A DNA stretch of 63,598 nucleotides, the filler included, from Folioceros fuciformis (taxonomy: Eukaryota), in assembly GCA_049999805.1 (NCBI GenBank). It is 11 parts of 11 records of this genome, joined end to end, with 100 filler letters (N's around TTAATTAATTAA, not from the genome) between each part and the next. Parts side by side here need not be neighbours in the genome. Positions count along the whole stretch, not along the records: positions 37,565 to 52,903 come from JBNGIO010005207.1; positions 53,004 to 55,937 come from JBNGIO010005210.1; positions 56,038 to 59,544 come from JBNGIO010005211.1; 8 more parts are not named here. One strand, given 5' to 3'. This document shows, piece by piece, positions 49,325 through 59,644 of this stretch. How positions within the stretch are numbered: the first letter of the stretch is position 1; each line of letters begins with the position of its first letter. The notes under the pieces are model-generated. The model had not been told where the DNA came from, searched no databases, and was given only the letters and a program-made list of their open reading frames with translations. The translations under genes and the position numbers were made by a program.

Positions 49325-49430
49325 TGTTCAACTAACTTAATAAACCCAAAAGAACACACATATATACATATAGGGTATGTGCCCTAATTAAAGTATGTAT
49401 AATTAACCCTAAGAGGTTATTAATCTAACA
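49325..49430 (-). mobile_element. Short 3' LTR (~106 bp) of the copia at 50281-51577
   Basis: PPT-like TAAGTGGGCG then TGTTAG on minus; TGTT...AACA termini. The far boundary is tentative. Confidence 0.6.
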
Positions 49431-49504
49431 CGCCCACTTAACCTCAAACGGGTTAATAATGTTAGAAACTCGGTTAAGAAACGTGATACGAAACGCCAAG
49501 TGTG

Positions 49505-49520
49505 AAACCCTAAACCCTAA
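49505..49520 (+). promoter_or_regulatory. Telo-box-like AAACCCTAAACCCTAA upstream of the antisense ORFs
   Basis: Two plant telomere units, 83 bp before the ATG at 49603. Confidence 0.35.
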
Positions 49521-49602
49521 GGTGGCGCTCCATGACTCGCGAGTGCTCTCACCAGCCACATTCAAAGCCGCACGCAAAAACTTGCACTAGCTCGACGTGA
49601 AG

Positions 49603-49746
49603 ATGGATTCAGTATCTGAGGAGATTGTCCCCATGATTTTTGTGGTGAGCTTCCTCACTTGGCTAGTCCTTTTCTTGATCGCTGTGACCCCTTGGTTGCT
49701 CCCACCGGCCTTCAAGATGGTTCAGAAAATGGATATGTGGGCATAG
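49603..49746 (+). CDS. Putative antisense small membrane peptide (47 aa) in the copia 3' region
   Basis: MDSVSEEIVPMIFVVSFLTWLVLFLIAVTPWLLPPAFK..., with an uncharged hydrophobic run of more than 20 aa. Confidence 0.4.
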   Translation: MDSVSEEIVPMIFVVSFLTWLVLFLIAVTPWLLPPAFKMVQKMDMWA

Positions 49747-49765
49747 CTCTCAGCCCAGACCTCAG

Positions 49766-50107
49766 ATGGCGGGAGGAGCGAGTGACTCAGAAGATGAAGG
49801 GAGCTCAATCTCGGTGGTCTAGGTGGCTTCAGTAAGTCCCAGCAAGAAGTGGCCAACGATGAAGGACAAACAGCTGATGCTGGACCTCTTGGGTTTGGAC
49901 GACAAGTGCGCGAAACTGGAGTTGGAGGCTACCAAGCTAAGTGCGAACCGACTTGCTGACACAATCTCTGCCAGACTCAACTCAGGAGGAGGTGAATGCG
50001 ACCTGACAGTTGAGGAATTCGAGGAAGTTCTGGCTGAGCTATCAAAGGGTGGCTATGATGTACTCAAGGCTCAGATCGTAGTCAGGAAGAAGAAGGAAGG
50101 GAAGTGA
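49766..50107 (+). pseudogene. Second antisense ORF (helical, charged; one internal TAG) in the copia 3' region
   Basis: MAGGASDSEDEGSSISVV*VASVSPSKKW...LTVEEFEEVLAELSKGGY...RKKKEGK*. Confidence 0.35.
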
Positions 50108-50280
50108 AGTGAAGGGTCTGGCGAGGTAGGAAATTTATTTTCTTTCTCATGACTGCTCCCACGACTGGATGTAATTGTGAGGCTTGATCCACCGGGGAAG
50201 ATGTAAGGGAACACACTCCCACTGATGATGTGTAGAGCTGTAAGTTATTGACTCTATTGTAAGCGAACAAGGCTACTGCG

Positions 50281-51577
50281 TTATGATGTAAGGTGGGGAG
50301 AAAAATCAATGAGACCTGAACCTTCGACGTGTGTCTCATGTTTGTGTCTGGGAAGGGCTTTAGGCAGACTATCCATTGTGTTTGCATGTGTATGAACATA
50401 GGTAGGGCTAACGACACCTCGTGATTTGACATCCCTAATGTAATGGTGTTGTATTTCTATGTGTTTGGTTCAAGCGTGGAAACGAGGACGCTCGATGAGC
50501 TCTAGGGCAGAGATGCATTGTCACAGAAGGAGGATGGTTGGCTTAAGCTGTTCAGCATGGACAGACAAGAGAAAAACTCTTTCCCACTCAACCTCTTTTG
50601 CTGATTCTGTCAAACACTTGTATTCTGCTTATGTACTGGACTGAGCTATGCCTAGCTGTTTCTTGCAGGACCAAGTAATGGCAGCGGAGGATAATAGGAA
50701 GACATAAGCAGATAGGCTCCTACAGGAATCTAAGTTAGAGGCCTAGTCGGTGTCTGCAAAACCTTGTAAGGTAGGAGCTAATCCAGTCCACTTGTAACAC
50801 AAGCCAAGGTAAGGAGTACCTCTTAAATATCTGAAAATACGTTTAACCGCCGTCCAGTGGCTGTGTCCATGGCATTCCAGAAACTGAGAAGCAGTGTTGA
50901 CGGCATATGTGATATTTGGCCTCGTCCAGTTGCTGACAAAAAGAAGGCTGCCAACGGCATGCCTATAAGGTATGTCCTTCATATCTGCCTTATCAAGAGC
51001 TGAAGTAGGGCAATCATTTTTGCTAAGTCTTGTTCCAACAACAGCAAGAGTAGCAGCAGGATGTGCAGTGGCCATATGGAATCGCTGCAGAGTCTCAGAT
51101 ATGTACTTATGCTGATGAATAATGATCATGCCTTGCTCACAAACTCGAAGGACTTGAATGCTCGGACAGAACTTCAGTTCTCCAACATCTGTCATTTCGA
51201 ATTCCTTGCGGAGCATGCCTTGAACTCTTGCTAACAGTGGCTTATCGTTGGAAGCAAAAATGGCGTCATCAACATATATAGCCAGCAAGACATAGGCTTT
51301 TCCATCATCATAGATGTACACCGAGGGATCCGCATGACTCTGCTTAAAGCCAAGGGACTTCAGGCAAGTATCTAACCTGGCATTCCAATGTTTTGCACTT
51401 TGTTCAAGTCCATAAATACACTTTATGAGCTTACAAACCCAATCTGGATGTGCAGGATCCTCATAGCCTTTTAGCTGTTCCATGTACAGCTCTTCTTCTA
51501 AAATACCATGCAAGAAGGCTGTCTTCACATCCATCTGCTCTAGCTCTAAGTCACGCTCAGCAGCAAGGGCTATCAGT
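50281..51577 (-). pseudogene. pol: Ty1/copia RT-RNase H, interrupted by another copia LTR
   Basis: MDVKTAFLHG, YVDDA, NWTRPN, IEIQHHYIRD; stops. Confidence 0.93.
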
Positions 51578-51578
51578 T

Positions 51579-51756
51579 TGCTTGGAGTTGCTGGGACAGC
51601 AAACTAGGAAAACATGGAAAGCAAAACAACGATGAATAACATTGGTCAAAGAGAATGTGTTACATACATATGTCTTGTTCTCTAAGTGACCTTTCAGTAA
51701 CCCTAGCTATTTAACCCTAAGAGTGGTTATATAAATAACCCTAAGTTATTCCAACA
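51579..51756 (-). mobile_element. 3' LTR (~178 bp) of the copia at 52012-52903, nested in an RT
   Basis: PPT TAAGGGGGTG then TGTTGGA on minus; the host RT resumes at LIALAAERDLELEQMDV. Confidence 0.75.
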
Positions 51757-52011
51757 CACCCCCTTAACCACAAGAGGGGTTAAATTAGCAACGGGCTGCG
51801 AACGGAGAGCGAACGCGAAAGAAACGGGGAGCTATGGCAGTCATCCTACTGTTGCGCCACTGGCGGAAAGAGCTGGAAGTGAGGATGCCGCCTCCAGAGC
51901 CTGTCGGTGCAGAAGAGCAACAGCCAAAATCCCGTTGCCGGATTGAGTGAAGCCAAGTGATTGGATAGGGCGTCGAGCTTCATCCACCTACATGTACTAA
52001 GGGACTGCTAG

Positions 52012-52903
52012 CTAGCCATCTGCTGCGGATGAATTCTGAAAATAGGAGTTGTAATCCACTAAGCCAAGAGCTTCAGCATGAAAGTTGTGCTTAAGAGTAG
52101 GGAGACCCTTAGTGAGGAGGTTTGCGGGATTAAGCTCTGTAGAGATGTGTTCTATTGACACAACCTTGCGTTCAACAGAGTGCCTAACAAAGTGATGATG
52201 AATCTCTATGTGCTTTGTGCGAGCGTGGAAGCGGGGATTCCCAACCAGTGCGATGGTTGACATATTATCACAAAATATGGTGGTGGGAACCAGCTGCTTG
52301 AAATGCAAACCTGCCAGAAAGGTCCGCTCCCACTCTGCCTCCTTGGCAAAGTCTTTCAAGGCCTTATACTCAGCTTCCGTAGAAGAGAGTGCAACGGAGG
52401 CCTGTTTCTTAGAACTCCAATTTACAGCAGCTCCGGAGAGAATAAAACAGTAAGCGGAGATGCTCCTGCGCTGGTCCGGATCGGTTGCCCAGTCAGCGTC
52501 TGCATAGCCTACCAGGCTGACGCCATCATCTGTCCCTCTGAAACATAGTCCAAGTGTGGAGGTACCCTTCAAGTAGCGCAAAATTCGCTTGACAGCAGAC
52601 CAATGATCTTGGCCAGGGTTTTCCAAAAACTGGGATACGGCACTGACAGAGTGCTGGATGTCTGGTCGTGTCCAACAACTAATGTAGTTGAGACACCCAA
52701 CTGCATGTCGGTAAGGAATTGCTGTCATTGCCTCTCGACCTGTATTGTCCTGAGGGCACTGTAGAGAGCTCAGTTTAACACTAACATTGCCTGGTGTGCT
52801 AACGGGCTTTGCATCCTGCAGGTTGAAACGTCGAAGAGTCTCATTTATATACTTCGTTTGATGAAGGATCAGGGTCCTGTTGGGTCTATCACGAACGAGC
52901 TGG
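52012..52903 (-). CDS. pol: Ty1/copia RT C-terminus and RNase H (5' partial)
   Basis: WTRPDI, GYADADWA, SSTEAEY, CDNMST, ANLLTK. Confidence 0.92.
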
Positions 52904-53003
52904 NNNNNNNNNNNNNNNNNNNNNNNNNNNNNNNNNNNNNNNNNNNNTTAATTAATTAANNNNNNNNNNNNNNNNNNNNNNNNNNNNNNNNNNNNNNNNN
53001 NNN
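52904..53003. other. Artificial contig spacer
   Basis: N44-TTAATTAATTAA-N44. Confidence 0.98.
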
Positions 53004-53549
53004 ATATCTAAATATGATAAGTTAAGCATATGGCAGCTTAACCCGTAACAACAAGCTTGAGCATCAGGTGGACTTGATGTTCACCAAGCTAACCATCATG
53101 TTTCCTACAGGTTCGCTGAAAAAGATCCAGGAACTATCGAGATTTTCTTTCAGGCCTAGCAAGACATTGCATGCATCTTACCTCAGATTGAAGGTTCTAG
53201 TGGAAGACACGGGTGTCAAGACAATGAGGGAGGCCACTGAGATCTTCATTGCAGCATTGCCTGCCATGTAGAGAAGGAAGGTGATGGACTCACTACATGG
53301 AGCGATGGGAGAGAAGTATCAGTTGATAGATGCTTACCAAATTGCTGAGAAGGTGCCCAAAGGTGATGTAGTAAGCCAGGCTTACTTGGAGGATCACGAA
53401 GTTGTGCAGAGCCCTTCGGCTTGCTGGACAAGGCCATGGAGGTGCCTGTAGTAAGTCTTATGGATCTGGGTGTGAAGGGCAACAACTTCAAGAACATCAT
53501 GTGAGAATGGCTGAGGAAGGAGCTTGAATCCGCAGGATTTGTTCCTAGC

Positions 53550-54053
53550 ATGGCCAGCTTGTGTGAAGATCATCTGATGCCAGAGGAGCGAGGTGAAGGA
53601 GGTGTTGCCATGATTGATAACACTGGGAGGCACATAACTTTTGATGGTTATGCCCCAATAAATGTACCAATAGATACTGGAGCAGATCCAATACTGCCGG
53701 GAGCACGAGTGCAGGAAGCACTGAAGCTTTACGGGCACAAGCTCGTTCCAAGTGATGTGAAGATCACCACCTCTGCAGACACCAAGGAACAGGTGCTGGG
53801 AATGACGAGGAAGCCCGTGAAGATTGAGTTGAAGCCTGGCACGAAGGATGCCAGCATTGTTGAAGTGAGATGTTTGGTAACCAATGCAAAGACATATGAT
53901 GTTTTGCTGGGGTCCAATGGAACTCACCGTCCTGCTACAGGAGTTGATCCCTTGCACGTAGAAGCCTTCTACAGACCATTCTGGTGGAGAGGAGATTTCA
54001 CGCATGTTGGACGAATTCCCCTGAGGATGAACAGGAGTGGTGGGAAGAGCTGA
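53550..54053 (+). pseudogene. Gypsy aspartic protease
   Basis: VPIDTGADP active site; YDVLLG. Confidence 0.85.
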
Positions 54054-54371
54054 ACGAGAATGATAGGCAGCGCCATGATTGCTCACAGTGCTCAGAGTGA
54101 GCATCGACATGAGATGTGGGAGGAAACGCAGGAGTTCTCCTCTCTAGAGATGCCGAAGCCAAGAGAGCAGAAGGGTGTGCTCAAGGTTGTGTGTTCAAAG
54201 TATTTGGATGAAGCTAGGGTTCGAGAAAACCAGCAAAGGAAGGAGAATTGATCGTGGAATCTCACAGGCACATGTCTTGAGAGGTCGATCCAGATGTGAG
54301 GCTTGCAAAGACAGGAGATCGACGCATCAACGATGCTCTAGTACGATGGAAGGTGGGCGCTTAAGGTCAGG

Positions 54372-55292
54372 TTGGAGCTTTGCTTAGGAATCAGCAGTGG
54401 CCTGGAAGCGGGGTTGGAGTGTGGCGTCAAGGTATGCAAATATACCTACGTTGAGAAGGACGAGAAGGCTTGGGCTGTGGCTACGAGCCGAATTCTCAGG
54501 TTCTGTAATCAGTACCCAACGCTGTTGAACGAGGAAGCAGTTCGAGGCTACCAAAGCAGGCTACCCACATGCATGAACCTAGTGGGGAAGCGGCAGCTAG
54601 AAGCCTTGTCGAGTTCAGTGGATATGTTAATCGCGGGATAGGAATGCAAGACATTTTCGACAGCAGGCAAAGGCAAAGGTGAAGGTGTTTCGTTGGCTGC
54701 TGAGCTCGCACGAATTGTGCGAGAAGTCCAAATTGCGAATCCACGATGTTGGTACATTTTGGAGAATGTGTGTGCAGCCATGGACAGATGTCCAACTGTC
54801 AGGTCTTTGTATGAGGAGATTCGGTCATGGTTCAGCAATGAGTTGATCATGGACACAGTGCATTGTGGCTCATATGCACATAGGCTTTGCAGTTAATGGA
54901 CAAATGTGGCTAGATTGGACGTGCTCAGGCGGCACAGGAATTGGACGACTCCGAAGTAGAAGGTCGTGGATGACATCCTTGAGTTGTAGAGGTGCTCACA
55001 ACAGGTGAAGCGGATGGACAAGCTGCCATTTTATCCTGTGAATCGAGTAGGAGAAGCTAGAAGGGCATGGCTAACTCTAGTGAGCACACCGCAATCTTAT
55101 GCCTTCAGGCTAGGAGGGGATGGTGTGATTCTGGAGTTGAAGGGGAATGAGCTTGGAGAGCTCAATGGTGAAGAACGCGAGCAAGCAATGGGGTTTGCCA
55201 AGAAGGGCACTCAGACCATGGGCATTATAGAATCTGCAAGATGTAGGATGCTTGGGCAGGCATTTGACCTGTACAGTCTGAGATGGCTGTTG
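54372..55292 (+). pseudogene. DNMT3-like C5 cytosine DNA methyltransferase domain inside the retrotransposon polyprotein
   Basis: Motif I LELCLGISSG, II YVEKD, IV DMLIAG*ECKTFSTAG, VI YILENV, VIII SYAHRLCS*WTN, TL dipeptide, IX EEREQAMGF, X RCRMLGQAFD; canonical order, one frame. Confidence 0.88.
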
Positions 55293-55464
55293 AGCACAAG
55301 CTTGGCATTCCAGCTTGCAGAAGCTAAAGGGAAGCAAAACCCTCGCCTGCAATTGCTAGAGGATGAAGAGGTTTCGGAGGCAGAGGAAGATGAACTGCCA
55401 CGGGAGAGATTCAGCATGGTTGCTGTGGACACTGAACTGTCCACCAACAGTATGACGAAAGAGG

Positions 55465-55937
55465 TTCATGTGTGGCACATCACAGAAGATGTAAGCCCGA
55501 AAGATAAACAGAAGATCATTGACTTGCTCGAGAAGAACATGGGTTCTTTTGCATTTTGTTGGAAGGAGTTGGGCAGGTATGAGAAGATCAAGTTCAAAGT
55601 GGTGAGTGACTACTTATGAGGAGCCCATCTTTAGAAGAAGGAATTGCTTAAGTCCAGCAAAGTGGGAGATTGTTGACAAACGCTGTCAAGATCTGTTTGA
55701 AGCAGGGTTGATAAGAAAGTCAAGTTCTCATGATGCTGATACGACGGTCCTGTCGCTCAAAAAGGATGAAAACGGTGAGTGGAAGGATAGGAGGATGTGT
55801 GGTGACTACCGACCTCTAAACGAGGTGACTCCCATGGAGCGGTACCCCATGCTTACTCTAGATGAGATTTTCGTTGCCATAGGTAAGGCAAAATTCTTTA
55901 CCAGCTTGGATTTTTGCTCAGGCTTCAACCAAATTGT
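55465..55937 (+). pseudogene. pol: Gypsy reverse transcriptase N-terminal part (frameshift ~55600; cut by contig end)
   Basis: KQKIIDLLEKNMGSFAF, PIFRRR..LS, LFEAGLIRKSSS, RMCGDYRPLN, FTSLDFCSGFNQI. Confidence 0.9.
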
Positions 55938-56037
55938 NNNNNNNNNNNNNNNNNNNNNNNNNNNNNNNNNNNNNNNNNNNNTTAATTAATTAANNNNNNN
56001 NNNNNNNNNNNNNNNNNNNNNNNNNNNNNNNNNNNNN
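55938..56037. other. Artificial contig spacer
   Basis: N44-TTAATTAATTAA-N44. Confidence 0.98.
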
Positions 56038-57769
56038 AACCAAAGGTTGTGAAGATTCTCTTCGAATGGTCTTAACCAAAGGTTTTTTTCCACGATTTTA
56101 GGTACACTTTACTTCTTTGTATGAAGTACTTACATTCAAGAATATGACAAAGATGCTAATTTACATAGTGTAGCTACTTGCATTCACTCCTCGTGTTTCC
56201 TTGTTGTAGATGGCCTTACGAAATTATCTCTTTACTAAGCCCAACCTTGGAATGAAGGGTCATCAATACAAGTTTGGTTACAATCTTATTTCAATGGCTT
56301 GTGACAACATCGATATTTTGATAGAATTGAGTGGTGGAGACATGATTGGTGATTATGTCGACATACTCATCAGATAAAACAAAGTCCAAGTTTGGCTAAT
56401 GCATTTGTGATAGATCACATCCTTGACCAGTTGAGAGCTTTTTGTGCTTTATCGAAAGGTTGCCCGAGAGTTACATTGGTGCAAGGTATTATCAATCCCT
56501 ATTGTGTACACAAGTTGATACCTTGCAATGATAGACATGGGCAAGCATGGCTTGAAAAGGATTATAGAAAGCGTCTTTTAGATGAAAAGCAAGCTTTGAA
56601 GTGTGGGAAAGGATACTTTACTATGAGTAACATATCGGATTGTGTATGTTATTGGCCTGAAATTTGTGGACATGGGCCACATTTGACATCCACTGCCATA
56701 GTAGAACTTTTGGACACAGAAGACTTGAGCAAGATAGTGTTGGAGAATGATAAGTTTCACAAGGATCAACGTCATTCTATATCGAAAATGGTGGATGATC
56801 TTACACATGGCAAGCAAAAAGGTCTAGGTGGAGGTGATGGTTTGTTTATGACATCAAAAGAAACAATTACGAGCTCAAAGTCAAAAGATCCTTCTGCAAG
56901 TGTGACTTCATCAAGTTCTTCTTTTGTAAGGTGTCGTTCTGATCTTTTGGGTGGAACAAGATTGGAAGGCATAGAATATGTGATGAAGAACAAGATTGGA
57001 AGGCATAGAATATGTGATGAAGAACCTGCACAACGATGTGAAGAATCTGCACAACGATGGCAAGAATATCAAGGACAACCACGGGGAACTTATGAGAAAA
57101 TTAGATTGCAATAAAGAGGAGATGTTGAGGGCCATCAAGTTCAGTGACGAGAAGCTAACAAATTTCAAAAGGGATACTTTGGGTTTATTGGAGTCGCTTA
57201 TGAGTGACATCATTGGGTATCATACTTCCTCCACGTTACCTTGTCGTCCTTACATTTCTCATGATAATGTATCTATGGTAGAAATGCTGAAAGCTTTGGT
57301 TCAAGTTGGTGTGGCGATTCGTCTATGCCTCATGTGTGAAGAGAGGGGCGGGAATCACGTTGTGCAAGGACAACCTGGCTATGCTATGGTTGTAGAGGAG
57401 AAAGATTGTAAGTGGATTCGCAAGCTTTTGGTGAATGGTACCAAGATGTTCTTTTTTCTAGTCAAAGTAGGGCTTCATGTGGCTGCTGGGATAGACATAC
57501 CAAATGATATGAAAGGACTTGCATTAGGGACAGAATCCATCTTGGCCAATAGTGAATTGGTGCTAATGCAAGCCACAAATAGGGATGATGGGGAAGTGGC
57601 CATGGATGGAGGGTTGAAAGAGCTTCTTGAGTCCCTTCGATCTCAATGCCAAATGTGGAAGTTATTTGGGTTGACACAAGTAAGATACTTGGAAGACAAG
57701 AAAACAGCATGGCTTTGTGATGAATGCATAAAAAAGTGCAAGGATAAGGAGCTTGTTGTAGATTGTTGA
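56038..57769 (+). pseudogene. TORNADO1-like (plant Roco/COR) C-terminal region; one intron 56102-56209; disabled
   Basis: CEDSLRMVLTKGFFPRF, DYVDILIR, VTLVQGIINPYCV, RLCLMCEERGGNHVVQGQPG, LVKVGLHVAAG, FGLTQVRYLEDKKTAWLC parallel recalled TRN1 motifs (TPGFFPRLQ, HMLCE...HVVEDQ.G, FGLWRVRYRDDG.IAWIC). TAG at 56099, stop/frameshift ~56375, 34-bp duplication at 56954-57021. Confidence 0.8.
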
Positions 57770-59080
57770 TTTTCGAAGATTAGGAGTGTGAAATGTAATA
57801 GGTTTGCTTTACCATGCCGCTTTGTACGTAGCATTGCAATGCATTGCTATTAATCATATATTGATTGTAATGAAGGATTTGGATTCAAAAGCATGGTTGT
57901 ATTTCACTTTATGAATGATGATGAGAAACTGTGTAATCGAATGTTAATTACCATAACATTTTATGAATTGAATATTATGAAAGAGGGTTAAGACGAAAGC
58001 CTAGAATCCATATTTGTAGGTTGTGGGAACATTTGTTCACCTCGACATGCGGTGCTAAGGGTGCAGATATGCGGGCAAGCTCTTTAATTGACGTTTTCCC
58101 TCATGATGCCAACAGCCCCAATTGAACATAACGTAGTGAAAGAAGGATTTTCGTCAAATAAGGTACAGTGGCAAGACAATAGGTCATAGCTCTCAGAGGG
58201 TAACGTGTGTCTTGTGCTCAAGATTCCTTGTGAGCTGCGCTCGTTTAGTCAATTGCCTCCCTCATGTGCTTAGCTCCCGATAGTTGGTCTCATGAAGCAA
58301 TTTGCATGTACAACAACACTTTAAAGGTGGCTATCTAGATTGACTATTCCTCCACCTCTTTGGGTTTATACTCATACGGAGATGCAAACCCAGCATGGCC
58401 TCGGGATGCAGGGGAACTTTTCACATCTCCAAACATACACATTCAGCTTTTAGTAGGCTCTCTTGAGATTGACAAATGGTTGAAGGAGACTAGAGCAAAA
58501 AGCCATTGATGATGACCATCTCGAAACTCCAACGGTAAAATGCTTTGTGTAGCAAAACCTTTGGATCCTTGTTGTGAGACCTTGGGGCACATATTCACGA
58601 TTCTACTGAACGGAACGTCGCTATCATTGCTTCCCTAGAAAGACCTTAAGTATGGCTTGGCAAGATGTCTAGCCACGTGATACTCATTCAACAGTCAATG
58701 GTATTAATAGAATCAAGAGAGCACGGTCCCGTTGTGTCATTCGTGGAGCCCGTTGCGATAGAATCACCACTAGTTGATGGCCTACGAGAGTTAGTGAGTA
58801 CCAAGGGACATGATCTAGTCCTCGCAGTTCCGTAGGCATTTCGGATCAGCAGTTATCCTTCTCGGCTGGACAAGGACGACAAAGGCCTGACGTTTGGTGC
58901 CGTGCAGCGCTCAAGGCATTCGGTGTCCTCATCTATTGCTGTGGAAGGAACTCGGTAAGCAAAGCGAACCATACCCGAACCTCGTTTCTTTGAAAACAGA
59001 GCAGTGGACTCGGCGTGACAATCCCGTCATGAATCTTAGCATCCCACATCCACCAAAGCATAGAGATAGGACTGGGAAGG

Positions 59081-59307
59081 CCAAGGTGTCCCAGTCTCTA
59101 CTTCTGTGTCACCCCTTAACGGAGAGGAAACTAGATTGCACCTTCCCAGTCCAAGGTGTCCCAATCCCTACTTCTGTGTCACCCCTACACGGAGACCAAA
59201 CTAGCTTTGCACCTTCCCAGTCCAAGGTGTCCCATTCTCTACTTTTGTGTGTCCCATCCTCTACTTTTGTGTGTCACCTCTTAACGGAAAGGAATCTAGC
59301 GTGCACC
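59081..59307. repeat. ~70-bp tandem repeat x3 (CCAAGGTGTCCCA...CTACTTCTGTGTCACC...ACGGA...CTAG...GCACC)
   Basis: Units start at 59081, 59151 and 59222. Confidence 0.85.
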
Positions 59308-59544
59308 ATTCTGGAATCGAAGAAAGAGGGAACAAGGAAAACAGCAACCATCCAAGCGGGCAGATCATTGTTTGTCATTCGGTAGACTTGGGTCAGGCAA
59401 AGGCAGTTATTGCGGATCGCATGGGCTCGGGAGTAAGAGAGGAGACAGGTGGACCTCGAGTTGATCTGGTTGGTCTGACGAGGATACCATCACCTCAATT
59501 TGGGTGCTGCAGTCACTTGGGATTCATTCATTGGTCTCTTACCA

Positions 59545-59644
59545 NNNNNNNNNNNNNNNNNNNNNNNNNNNNNNNNNNNNNNNNNNNNTTAATTAATTAA
59601 NNNNNNNNNNNNNNNNNNNNNNNNNNNNNNNNNNNNNNNNNNNN
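59545..59644. other. Artificial contig spacer
   Basis: N44-TTAATTAATTAA-N44. Confidence 0.98.

Larger units (their letters stand above)
53004..55937 (+). mobile_element. Degenerate Ty3/gypsy retrotransposon with order gag - protease - C5 DNA methyltransferase - RT
   Basis: Gag-like FSFRPSKTLHASYLRL..FIAALP; PR IDTGA/YDVLLG; MTase motifs I-X; RT RRMCGDYRPLN..YPM..LDFCSGFNQI. Confidence 0.9.

Noticed and set aside
49505-49520. Telomere or interstitial telomeric array
   Set aside because: Only two units; treated at most as a telo-box.
51834-51950. 38-aa antisense ORF (MAVILLLRHW...) 78 bp from a copia 3' LTR
   Set aside because: Fits the antisense-ORF pattern by position but is too short and featureless to distinguish from chance.
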